DNA of 63,863 nt, the filler included, from Octopus bimaculoides (lineage: Eukaryota): assembly GCF_001194135.2 (NCBI RefSeq). It is 9 parts of 8 records of this genome, joined end to end, with 100 filler letters (N's around TTAATTAATTAA, not from the genome) between each part and the next. Parts side by side here need not be neighbours in the genome. Positions count along the whole stretch, not along the records: positions 31,116 to 40,252 come from NC_068991.1; positions 40,353 to 46,314 come from NW_026431732.1; positions 46,415 to 55,140 come from NC_068990.1; 6 more parts are not named here. The stretch is one strand, 5' to 3'. Shown here one piece after another: positions 38,683 to 51,130 of this stretch; positions within the stretch are counted from its first letter, which is position 1; each line of letters begins with the position of its first letter. The position numbers were made by a program, and so were the translations under genes. The notes below the pieces were generated by a model. It was not told the DNA's origin, ran no database searches, and saw nothing but the letters and a program-made list of their open reading frames with translations.

Positions 38683-39842
38683 TATGTTGTCTTGCAGGAA
38701 TGAAAATAACATGAAAACTCTTCAGTCTTACACTGTACAAGGCAACTTCTCTAGTACTGGTACCACAATAAAATCCATCGAGTACACTGTTTAGTGGTTA
38801 ATGAACAAGCCAAGACCATGTGGATCTGAGAGGACCCTTTGGTCTTGTCAAGGACAAGACAACCTCCATAGTGCCTGTGCCATGATAAAAGGCATCCAGT
38901 ATACACTGTAAAGTGGCTGGTGATAGGAAGAGCATTCAACCACAGAAACCAAAGCCAAAAATGAAATGAACAAGCAAGACAAAGGCCTACAACCCAGCTA
39001 GGAGCAGTAACTCTGAATAAAGAATTATTCAAACCATGATAATCCATCCAAACCATGCCAGCTTGGAAAGGGGATGGAAAAAGATAATACTCTCATATAC
39101 AGTCCTCACATGATCATACTCTCATACATAGGTATATCTATACAAATCTATTATATATGTATGCCTCTGTGTGTGTGCGTGCGTGCGTGTGCGTGTGTGT
39201 GTGTTGTGTCTGGGGAGAGTCTCGCCGGTAAAGTTTCCACTCATTTGCTTATTAATTTTTCTAAAATTTTTGTTGCGTCTTGCAACCTTTTCGGTAGTCG
39301 TTGACTCTGTCTTTTATCCGGGCAGCTTGGGTTACAGGAAATTTTAGAAAAATAAATAGGTAAATGAATAGAAACTTTACTGGTGACTGTGTTAAATAAT
39401 AAAGCACTAAAAAAGAATGACTCTCCCCAGACACAACAAAATATGCTTCAACACATGAATTTGCATAAAGAATTTTACAAACCAAATCCAAAAACAAAGT
39501 ATATATATATATATATATGTTGTCTTGCAGGAATGAAAATAACATGAAAACTCTTCAGTCTTACACTGTACAAGGCAACTTCTCTAGTACTGGTACCACA
39601 ATAAAATCCATCGAGTACACTGTTTAGTGGTTAATGAACAAGCCAAGACCATGTGGATCTGAGAGGACCCTTTGGTCTTGTCAAGGACAAGACAACCTCC
39701 ATAGTGCCTGTGCCATGATAAAAGGCATCCAGTATACACTGTAAAGTGGCTGGTGATAGGAAGAGCATTCAACCACAGAAACCAAAGCCAAAAATGAAAT
39801 GAACAAGCAAGACAAAGGCCTACAACCCAGCTAGGAGCAGTA
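38683..39842 (+). repeat. 327-bp direct duplication (38683-39009 = 39516-39842) of RTE-tail-derived sequence
   Basis: Identical by manual comparison; no N gap between the copies. Confidence 0.9.
39202..39438. mobile_element. MITE-like element with 20-bp perfect inverted repeats
   Basis: TGTTGTGTCTGGGGAGAGTC (39202-39221) and GACTCTCCCCAGACACAACA (39419-39438). Confidence 0.6.
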
Positions 39843-40252
39843 TAATTAATTTTTAAAAAAAACGAGGAAAAAAGACAAGAAAAAAACATCGAAAGGACAT
39901 AGTACATGCAAAGTATTAATGAGACACTCAGGGAAGGAAAGAAAGAGTGGCTGTTTTACGTTTCAAGCAAAGCTCTTCTTTGGAAACAAGAAACATAGGA
40001 AAGTCCAAAAGTAAAGGAAAAGGGAGGAAAAAAAAATGACCAGAAGTAGATGAACATAAACAAAGTGCTTTCTGGGTCGGGAAAGTGTGAAGAATGGTTA
40101 GACAGAAACTGAAAGAAATCAATCATTAGAAGTATATATGTACAAATATATATATATATATGCACATATATATATATGCATATATATATATATATATATA
40201 TGCACATATATATATATATATATATGCACATATATATATATATATATATGCA

Positions 40253-40352
40253 NNNNNNNNNNNNNNNNNNNNNNNNNNNNNNNNNNNNNNNNNNNNTTAA
40301 TTAATTAANNNNNNNNNNNNNNNNNNNNNNNNNNNNNNNNNNNNNNNNNNNN
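40253..40352. other. Artificial scaffold linker
   Basis: 44 N + TTAATTAATTAA + 44 N. Confidence 0.95.
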
Positions 40353-40410
40353 GATTCCAGTCGACAGCTGATGAAGGGGGCAACTCGTATTACAAGCTGT
40401 ATGTAATATA

Positions 40411-40452
<42 letters not shown>

Positions 40453-42681
40453 TTGTAGGATTGAATCGCTGTACAGTTGTGGTGCCATAAAAACAGATTT
40501 ATATAGCTTTCCCTTATGGAAATGGTTTTTAATCAATAGATTACAGAGATAAAAGGCGAATTCAAGTTATACTACATATCTTGTACACACACAGACACAC
40601 ACACACTCTCACGCACAGACACACAGACACAGACACACGCGCGCGCGCGCGCATATTCACATATGTCATATGCATGCGTGTGCGTGTGTCAAAAGATCTT
40701 GTTATCTTCTGCTCGCAAAACGATAAACCAGAGTTTGTAATTTTTACGTTTTATTCTTATATATATATAATAGAGAGGGAGAGGGAGAGAGAGGGAGAGA
40801 GAGGGGGAGAGAGACTGTCCATCACCATTCCTAAGAATCTGTCCCTTCTCTCATGAAATGTATACCAGCATCTTTACAATTTCCTTTCTCCTGTTTTTAT
40901 GTTTTTATTTCTTTATCGATGTTTTAAGCGGCTTTGTGTTGTACCTTTGCCAATAAAAGTGACTAGATGTTAGTATATCCATTCGGACTATGTGGTTTGG
41001 TTCGGTTCAACATTGCAAACTTAAAGCTAAAATTCTCGACAGCCTCACGTTCTGTTTTCTTCTTCTTTTTTTTTTTTTTGTCATACCGTGGAAATAAGAA
41101 GTGTTTCAATACGTGGTATTTGATTCCAGTTGTTGGGCTGAACTTCCGCATGGTACCTATTCACAACTGTTTGAAATATAGCTCCAGTCATCAGCTATAT
41201 ATTCATCTTATGACTCGGTCATAATAAGAAGGTAACGATCTACGAGATTAAACAGAAAGGGAGACAAACCAGAAATATTGGGTTGCTGTAGTAGATTGTA
41301 GTGAATTAATATATACAGTTATCTTCCTTTTAGCTGCTGTCATTGAAGTATTGCTATCTTAATTCCATAAGATCGACTATATTTCTCCATATTGATTTAC
41401 TTCTATGTAGGATATATATGATGCTAAAACGTGAAGTACAACCACAAAACTCTTACCGCATTGCTTCTTGTAGCAGAAACAGCTGTAGGCAAATGAAGTT
41501 AATGACGTCATTCCTGTTCCTTTGTCATTCTATTAATTCTTATTACGCTCTGTCTTCGCCTAACTCTTTCTTCGGAAGCATACGCATATTGAATTCTGAC
41601 AACAGGCTATCTGTATTACCAAGCTAAGACGACATCATTATGCATGTGTGTATGTGTGTGTGCTTGTGCATATTTGTGTGTGTGTGTGTGCTTTTGTGGA
41701 TAGGTAATATGTATATTAGCACTGCATTTATTTTACAGCTAAGATGGCGTTTTATATAAAATATCTTAAGGTATTTATTTGTATCGTTTCTCTGTGATCT
41801 AAGTTCACGTCCCGCCGAGATTAACATCCTTTTTCATCCTTTCATCGTCTGCTAATAAAGTATCCATGCCGTACAGTGATCGATATATCTTCATCCGTTT
41901 TACTGAATGTTGCCTTGCGTATAATTTCCTTTTTTTTTTTTTCAAAATAGTAAGTTAAGATACGGCTGTTATAATTAAAAGCAGGTCGAAGAGATCACAC
42001 AAAAGGTCTGCCTAAAAGTATATATGTTTGTATGCATGTATGTAGGTATTCTATGTGCCTATATCTATGTCTGAGGGTTTCTGTATAGACATTCACACAT
42101 GCACACCCAGAAATGTTCTCATAAATCACGCACACATACATATATATGCATTAACAGACACGCACCCGTAGACAAACACTCATAAACAATATATNNNNNN
42201 NNNNNNNNNNNNNNNNNNNNNNNNNNNNNNNNNNNNNNNNNNNNNNNNNNNNNNNNNNNNNNNNNNNNNNNNNNNNNNNNNNNNNNNNNNNNNNNNNNNN
42301 NNNNNNNNNNNNNNNNNNNNNNNNNNNNNNNNNNNNNNNNNNNNNNNNNNNNNNNNTATATATATATATATAAATACTTAAATATACATGCGCCTATGCA
42401 TATTTATATTGTCTTTTCCACGTCCACACGTACACACAATGACAAGCTTTGATAGATGCGCATGCAATTACTCACAAAAGCTCGCTGGCATATGAATATA
42501 TGTCCAGTGTGTGTGCGCGTGCGCGTATGTGTCTGTATGTATATGTGTATCTGTGTATATGTGATATATGTGTGTGTGTGTGTGTGTGTGCGCGTGTGTG
42601 TAAATATGTATATACAACTATATATATATATGTATATATAGTTGTATGTATATATACCCATGTATGAAATATGTCCATATA

Positions 42682-42729
<48 letters not shown>

Positions 42730-43283
42730 TACATATTCTCACACATACATATCTTCTCACATACAAATATATAAATATATATTTATACAATATATAATAC
42801 ATACATGCACATACATACATACATACATACATACATATTTGTTATCTGAAAGGGGTCACACAAGACGCCTCTGTCAGAAAAAGATGCAACACTATATTTT
42901 CTTTATGCTTCCCGAAAATATATCTTAAATACATATATTTAAAATATAAGTAAAACCTAAATGACATTACGGCTACAACATGGAAGTATGACATACAACT
43001 ATAACATATTATTAACGCGGTAATAACAGACAACCATAATAACACGCTGCGGTCTTTCTTTTCTTTATCGCCTCTATTGCTCACGTGATTTATCGTCTGC
43101 TTTTTTTTTACATTTGATCAAGGGATGTGATGTAATGAAGCGTCTGCTCAATGTACAAACGCAAGCACAAACACAGACACAAACATCTCTATACGTATAC
43201 ATTCATACACACATACATACATATTTGCATATACATGCATATATACATAAATATATACATAAATATATACATACATATCTATC

Positions 43284-43361
<78 letters not shown>

Positions 43362-43733
43362 TATACGTATATATAATCATGTACTCATATACACATAAAT
43401 ATATATTTACATTTGCATATAAACATATATTGTTTGGAAATTACTGTTTCTATCTATCGATTGATTTATCCATCTACCCATATATCTCTTTATCTCTTTA
43501 TCTCTCCATCTATCCATCTATCTATCTATCTATCTATATTTTCTATTCCGTACATCGGCAGGTCTCTGTCATTATCTTCAGCTAAATTTCCATCCGTGCA
43601 TATTATTTTATCTAATCATTATGTNNNNNNNNNNNNNNNNNNNNNNNNNNNNNNNNNNNNNNNNNNNNNNNTATATATACAAACATACATACATATATAT
43701 ACATATATATATATACATATGTATACATACATG

Positions 43734-43811
<78 letters not shown>

Positions 43812-44095
43812 AAGACACAGATCATGTGTCGTATAGCCAGCTGGGGACGATGTTTCCTGGGACTAAACAACAGTAGCGTTCGTCCCAAAATGGGAATGCC
43901 ACATTAGGTTGGCAAAAAATCGTTTTTTTATATATATACATATTTCATGTTTATGCATATACCTTCCCGTCCAACCCATTCTAGCATTGGAACACGGGCG
44001 TTAAATGAAAAAGCGAATATAAACCAAATGCAATATGAACATCAAGAAGGAGAACTCAACGTTTATTTGATGGGTGCAATAGGGTTTTTATAGAA

Positions 44096-44520
44096 GGTGG
44101 CGAGCTGGCAGAAACGTTAGCACGCTGGGCGAAATGCTTAGTGGTTTTTCGCCTGCTGTTACGTTCTGAGTTCATATTCCACCGAGGTCAACTTTGCCTT
44201 TCATACTTTCGGGGTCGATAAATTAAGTACCAGTTACGCACTGGGATCGATGTAATCGACTTAATCCATTTGTCTGTCCTTGTTTGTCCCCTCTGCGTTT
44301 AGCCCCTTGTGGGCAATAAAGAAATAAGAAACGTCAACGCCGGGCGAAATGCTTAGCGGTATTTCGTCTGCTGTTACGTTCTGAGTTAAAATTCCGCCAA
44401 GGTCGACTTTGTCTTTCATTCTTTCGGGGTCAATAAATTAAGTACCAGTTGTGTACTGGGGTCGATCTAATCGACAGGCTCCCTCCTCAAAATTTTCGGG
44501 CCTTGTGGCTAGAGTAGAAA
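44096..44520 (+). mobile_element. Head-to-tail pair of SINE family A copies
   Basis: GGCGAGCTGGCAGAAACGTTAGCACG head and B box GAGTTCATATTCC. The central block GCCTTTCAT.CTTTCGGGGTCGATAAATTAAGTACC resembles the MetaSINE/Sauria-type conserved domain (by recall). The second unit starts at about 44338. Confidence 0.8.
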
Positions 44521-45071
44521 AAAATATGTTTTTTATNNNNNNNNNNNNNNNNNNNNNNNNNNNNNNNNNNNNNNNNNNNNNNNNNNNNNNNNNNNNNNNN
44601 NNNNNNNNNNNNNNNNNNNNNNNNNNNNNNNNNNNNNNNNNNNNNNNNNNNNNNNNNNNNNNNNNNNNNNNNNNNNNNNNNNNNNNNNNNNNNNNNNNNN
44701 NNNNNNNNNNNNNNNNNNNNNNNNNNNNNNNNNNNNNNNNNNNNNNNNNNNNNNNNNNNNNNNNNNNNNNNNNNNNNNNNNNNNNNNNNNNNNNNNNNNN
44801 NNNNNNNNNNNNNNNNNNNNNNNNNNNNNNNNNNNNNNNNNNNNNNNNNNNNNNNNNNNNNNNNNNNNNNNNNNNNNNNNNNNNNNNNNNNNNNNNNNNN
44901 NNNNNNNNNNNNNNNNNNNNNNNNNNNNNNNNNNNNNNNNNNNNNNNNNNNNNNNNNNNNNNNNNNNNNNNNNNNNNNNNNNNNNNNNNNNNNNNNNNNN
45001 NNNNNNNNNNNNNNNNNNNNNNNNNNNNNNNNNNNNNNNNNNNNNNNNNNNNNNNNNNNNNNNNNNNNNNN

Positions 45072-45103
<32 letters not shown>

Positions 45104-45176
45104 ATGTATGGTATAATTATAAACAGGGCAGATTTAAGCCATTTCTCCGGAGACTGAAAAAAAAATATGTTGAACA

Positions 45177-45219
45177 ACCTTAATCGATTTTCAAACCTTA
45201 TTGGGTTCTCATCAGAGGC
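45177..45219 (-). ncRNA. Apparently intact minimal type I hammerhead ribozyme
   Basis: Minus strand: GCCU CUGAUGA GAACC-CAAUAA-GGUUU GAAA A-UCGA-U UA/ AGGU. Full core, 5-bp stem II, palindromic stem III (AAUCGAUU), UUA cleavage triplet and 4-bp stem I. Confidence 0.65.
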
Positions 45220-45492
45220 GTCTACATCATTCTGAGAGACGCCAAGGGAACAAGTAGCCAAACTGTTTATATACTCAACCAATGTAGCAGTTACACTATG
45301 AAGGGGATCCTAATTTGCATACCGGAAGTGTTTAACACTCTGTAAATACCAGCGGCGTCTCCACGAGGATCTTAGTCCACACAGTATCAAGGTATAGTAT
45401 AATATATATGTATTATATGTTATAATAATATATACTGTATTTATTTATATACATTCATAAATTTATATGCATACACACACATATATATACAT

Positions 45493-45542
<50 letters not shown>

Positions 45543-46314
45543 CACATCATATTCATATCTAGATATATCTATGCTTGTACCTAAATAAACATATACATGA
45601 TGAATACTTTTAAGCACAAACAACTTATTAGAAAATCTAACTTTAATTTCATGTAATTACAGAAAAATGAAGAAATTGCTTTGATATGTCTCGTAGTGAA
45701 CTGACTACTCTTCAGAAGAACTGTTCGCATTTCTTTCTACAAAGAGAACCCCATAGTAATCACTGCTTAAACCAGGTACAAACACGTGCTTAGCGATGTC
45801 GAACAGCCTGGTTCGCATATCATTCAATGTAGTTGGTGTGAATAAATATTGAAAAACAACATTTATCTCTAAACAGCGTAGGCAGATGAAAGAGATGTTA
45901 TCCTCAGCGGAAATCAAGCGCATCTCACTCTACATTAAATGTAACATGCCCCCCACCACCACCACATATACATACATATAGATATGTGTGTGTATACTAT
46001 ACAAATATGTACATATATATTATATGTGTACGTATTTATATGTACATATGTGTGTATATACACAGGATGTTTGAAAAATAGGTTAGAAAAAGTATGGTAG
46101 TTTCCAGCGGAAGTTACAAGATGACAAGATGACAAGGGAGATAAGTTAAAAGTGCTAACTAGCCGCCGTCGATCGGGGTGATTTAAAAGAATGAGGGAGA
46201 TAAAAGGATGAAAAGAGATTTAATGATGGAGGGAGAATCAGTAGAGGAAAAATGGAAGATAGGAGACATAACTGGAAGAAAGTTATTCGTTTTATTTAAA
46301 GGGATATCTTAAAT

Positions 46315-46414
46315 NNNNNNNNNNNNNNNNNNNNNNNNNNNNNNNNNNNNNNNNNNNNTTAATTAATTAANNNNNNNNNNNNNNNNNNNNNNNNNNNNNN
46401 NNNNNNNNNNNNNN
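46315..46414. other. Artificial scaffold linker
   Basis: 44 N + TTAATTAATTAA + 44 N. Confidence 0.95.
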
Positions 46415-46461
<47 letters not shown>

Positions 46462-46910
46462 CACACGCATATATATGACTATAGCTAGAGTACTATGTAT
46501 GCCTACCACTAAGGAAAAGAGAGCTTAATCTTGAAGTGTGGAGTAATATTTATTTTGGATATTGAAAAGATCAATATATACCAGTAACTATCAGTTTTAT
46601 CAATCGACCAATTTTACTGCCAGTGATGTATTACAAGAACTTTTGGATATGTGTGTGTATGTGTATAAATATGTATATATGTACACCTGCACACACACAT
46701 ATACAGGTGTGTGTGTGTGTGTGTATCGTGCATACATAATCATAACTTACATTCACACATTTGTACACATGCAAAACTATATTGGGAAAACGTCGATACA
46801 TGCCAGCATGGAAAATGAACTTTGAATGTTAATGATGCTGATGTTTATAAATATATATATATATAAATATATAAATATATGTGTGTGTGTAATATAGATA
46901 TATGTATGTG

Positions 46911-46960
<50 letters not shown>

Positions 46961-47184
46961 CAAATATATTATCATTATCTATGTATATATACTTATATAT
47001 ATATGTATATTTATAAATGAATATATTCATACGTTATTGATGTTCATATATATATATATATACACATACATATATATATACATATACAAATATATTACCA
47101 TTATATATATACATATATATTTGTATATATGTTTGCATATATATATATGTATATACATATATAAATACGATAAGAAAATGGAGG

Positions 47185-47740
47185 AAAAACAACAATGTGA
47201 AGTATGTCTTTGGTGCTAAAAAGCCATTATTCAATTAGTTGAGCAAGGTGAGAGTAAGAGCGAATTTACAGCTGTTTTTGTGTACCATGCTGAGGTAAAT
47301 ATGTATTTACCTCGTTGCAAATGGTAGACATCATCAGAATGATGAAGGTGGCAATAGACAAAGAGGAGAATAAAGCAAAAGATATTTTATTGATATTTAA
47401 CATATAAAGATTAAAGAAATGTTTCTCCATCTTCTGAAAGAATTTTCTGAGTTTTGAGAAATCTTTTTTTTTTCCCCCCTTCTTGGGTTGTTCTTTCCTG
47501 GCAAATAAATGTTTTGATGAATAATCATAATGGTGAGACAACACTAAAGAAATTATGTTACCTTCTTCTTCAAGTACATACAACAACCAAGATGCGCTTC
47601 AAAATGCCAAGCCAGGAATTGCTATCCTTCATTAGCTTTGGTAGAACCTCAGTTTCATATTGTGTGTCTCCGCCATTAACATCAATGTGGTTGAGTGGCC
47701 TTCATCCTGTTTTAAGCTGCAAAAGTTTCAAAAATGCATA
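47185..47740 (+). pseudogene. Heavily decayed pogo/Tigger-like transposase remnant
   Basis: AIIQLVEQGESKSE resembles the N-terminal HTH_psq motif; a late stretch VEWPSSCFKLQKF resembles the W...I.NCF.K.GF motif. Many stops. Confidence 0.35.
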
Positions 47741-48179
47741 TAGGTACAGGCATGGCTATGTGGTAAGAAGTTTGTTTCCCAACCACATGGTTCCAGGTTC
47801 AGATTCACCAGCTGGTACCTTTGGCAAGTGTCTTATATTACAGCTCTAGGCTGATTAAAGCCTTATGAGTGGATTTGGTAGGCAGAAACTGAGAAACGCC
47901 CATCACACACCCACAGTTCACTGCAATTTGGGAAATTGCACATCACTTTCACCTGGACTTTATATTATGATTTATACAAACACCTGTACAAGTGAATAAT
48001 TGCCATTCTGTCTGACAAACTTTTTCTTTTACTGCTTAATAATAATAATAATAATAATGTTTTTTTCATTGGCTACAAGGACTGCAAAAACATTTAGAGT
48101 CACACAGAGACAGTGGGGATTTACATAGAAACATATAGACACTAAAACTAAAAATTTGCAAAAGAAATTTTCAACAAAA

Positions 48180-48700
48180 TAGGAGTGGCTGTGTTGTAAG
48201 TAGCTTGCTTACCAACCACATGGTTCCAGGTTCATTCCCACTGCATGACACCTTGGGCAAGTGTCTTCTACTATAGCCTCGGGCCAACCAAAGCCTTGTG
48301 AATGGATTTGGTAGATGGAAACTGAAAGAAGCCCGTCGTATATATATGCCACTGTAATTTGGCATGGTTTTCTACAGCTGGATGTCCTTCCTAATGCCAA
48401 CCACTCCAAGAGTGTAATGGGTGTTTACGCACCACTGGCACGGGTGCCATTTGTGTGACACCAGTGTCTTCCACAACTGCAATTTTGCTAGGCTTCATGG
48501 GCCTTCTTCTCAACATCGCTTGACAACCGATGGTGGTGTGTTTACGTCCCCGTAACTTAGCGGTTCGGCAAAAGAGACCGATAGAATAAGTACTAGGCTT
48601 CCAAAGAATAAGTCCTGGGGTCGATTTGCTTGACTAAAGGCAGTGCTCCAGCATGGCCGCAATCAAATGACTGAAACAAGTAAAAGAGAGAGAGTAAAGA
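48180..48700 (+). mobile_element. SINE family B whose central part is replaced by 165 bp of RTE-tail sequence
   Basis: Head 48180-48345 and tail 48511-48700 match 10166-10570; 48349-48513 matches 53323-53487. Confidence 0.8.
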
Positions 48701-48964
48701 GTATATATACATATATATATATGTATGAATGTATGTATATATGTGTATATATACATGTATGTATCATAACCATCTTCATCATTTAATATCCATTGTCCAT
48801 GCTGGCATGGGTTGGACTGTTCGACTGGGGGCTGGCATGCTGGAAAGCTGCACCAGACTCCAGTCTGGTTTGGCATGGTCTTTTACAGCTGGATGCACTT
48901 ACCAAATGCCAACCACTCTTTAAACTTCCAAATACTTCTTTCCCAGATTGGTCTGCTTCTTGAC

Positions 48965-49450
48965 ATTCTTCTGGTGATGAGGATGTAATCCATCTGGATG
49001 AGGGTAGATGTGTAAAGAAGTGCCAGTCTAATTGTGGAGGGAACCTGTGGAAAGGTGGATACTGGAAGATATGGGACAAAGTGGTTAAATATTGTTTTTG
49101 GATGTCGAGTTTCATGGAGGTGATGAGAAGTGACCAAAACTTCTGGCAATCAGCTGTACGTGAGAAAACATGTCAAGCTAAGTGGAGTTGTGGTCAGAGC
49201 CAATGCCAGTAACACAAAAGGCACCTGTGCCAGTGACACATAAAAGGGCACCTGTGCCAGTGACACATAAAGGGGCACCCATGATGCTGATACATATAAG
49301 ACACCCAGTACACTCTGTAAATTGGTTCGCATTAGGAAGGACATCCAACCATAGAAACCAATCCAAAACAGATGACTGGAGCATTGTACAGTTCTCTGGC
49401 TTACCACCTCGAGTCAAGCCATCCAACCTCTCTCAGCATGAAAATGGACA
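48965..49450 (+). mobile_element. RTE-clade LINE 3' end (ORF2 C-terminus plus repetitive 3'UTR)
   Basis: HLDEGRCVKKCQS..VEGTCG...MRSDQNFWQSAVREKTCQAK, then tandem GTGCCAGTGACACATAAAAGG units and the family tail. Confidence 0.7.
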
Positions 49451-49489
49451 TCTTATTATTATTATTATTATTATAATCATTATTACTAA

Positions 49490-49710
49490 GGTAGCAAGCT
49501 GGCAGAATCATTAGCACATCAGGCAAAATGCTGAGTGGCATTTCATCCGTCTTAACATTCTGAGTTCAAATTTCCCCAAGACTGATTTTGCCTTTCAGTT
49601 TTTTGTACTTGAAGTACTCGTGAAACATTGGAGCCGATGCAATTGACTTCTTCCCTTCCCAAAAATTTCAGGCCTTGTGCCTATATTAGATAAGATTATT
49701 ATTATTATAA
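49490..49710 (+). mobile_element. SINE family A, degenerate, with (ATT)n tail
   Basis: Aligns by eye to 44096-44520. Confidence 0.65.
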
Positions 49711-49719
49711 TTTTTGGTT

Positions 49720-50165
49720 TGGCTCTGGTTTGGTCTTATTCCTGGTAGGAATTAAGTGGATAGTGGGTTATTATTTAGGCATCCACAAGTTTTCAACAGT
49801 CTATCAAGTGCTTAGAACCCTCCTGATAATCATTGTTGTTTCTAAAAAACAAACTTTCCGAAAGAGCTCTACCGGGCATTCTATTTCAATCTCCTTCAAC
49901 CATCAGTCTATATTTTTGCTTACTGTTCCCAATGCACCAATTATTATAGGCTTGACCTTTACCATTCAAATGCTCCAGGTTCTTCCTATTTCAAACTTTA
50001 AGGGATTGTATTTTTTTTTTGTTTGTTTCTCTTCCCCTTTCTTTATGACCCTGGAATCAAACAGGCATGACGGGTTAATAAGTAAACAACTTCACTTTTC
50101 CTTATCAACAATCGTTATATCTGATCTATTATTTTCTAATTTCTTGTCCATTTGAATAGGAATCT
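49720..50165 (-). mobile_element. Second R4/Dong-clade LINE 3' end (RLE domain)
   Basis: IPIQMDKKLENNRSDITIVDKEK*SCLLINPSCLFDSRV...YNPLKFEIGRTW..VKVKPIIIGALGTVSK...FRKVCFLETTMIIRRVLST*; the 3'UTR ends in (TAA)n. Confidence 0.8.
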
Positions 50166-50222
50166 AATTTTTCTAGTACACATGTGCATACATGCGTAAA
50201 GGTATATAATAATAATAATAAC

Positions 50223-50260
<38 letters not shown>

Positions 50261-50869
50261 CAACAACAACAACAACAACAACAATAATAATAATAATAAT
50301 AACAACAACAACAACAACAACAACAGCAATAATAATAATAATAATTATTATTATTATTATTATTATTATATACCTTTACACACATGTGCACGCGTGTACA
50401 AGAACACATTACATGTATATACATGCTGACAGGTTTTTAGTTATGTGTAGATTGATTTATTCATTTATGTGCACTTGTAGACATACATGAGTTCATATTA
50501 ATGTCTTATAAGCATATGTATGTATAATTACATGTATATCGCATGTGTGTAAGTATGTGTATATATGTAAGTGTGTACATACATGCTTATGTGCATATAT
50601 ACTTGTATATACTTATATACAAATATTTGTAGGTATTATGTTGCACTGTGTGTATATATTGTCATATATATGAGTCTGTATGTATATATGTCTATGTGTT
50701 TGTCTATATCTGTGTGGATGTGTATACATATATGTGAATGTACACATGTGCATGCATATGTGTATTCATGTGCCTGTGTGTGTGTGTGTGTGTGTATGTG
50801 CGCACGCGTGTATGTGTGGATATATTGGTGCAAGCACACACTCATGTGTATGTATGTATATATATGTAT

Positions 50870-51130
50870 ACTCTTTTACTTGTTTCAGTCATTTGACTGC
50901 AACCATGCTGGAGCATTGCCTTTAGTCGAGCAAATCTACCCCAGGACTTATTCTTTGTAAGCCTAGTACTTATTCTATCAGTCTCTTTTGCCGAACCACT
51001 AAGTTACGGGGATGTAACCACACCACCATTGGTTGTCAAGTGATTGGGGGGGGGGGACAAACACAGTCACACATATATATACATATACATATATACGACG
51101 GGCTTCTTTCAATTTCCGTCTACCAAATCC
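50870..51130 (-). mobile_element. SINE family B, 5'-truncated
   Basis: Reverse complement of 10270-10570. Confidence 0.8.

Noticed and set aside
45705-45923. ORF MRLISAEDNISFICLRC... as a host exon
   Set aside because: No donor, no recognisable domain, and it terminates inside a decayed hammerhead; more likely a TE remnant.
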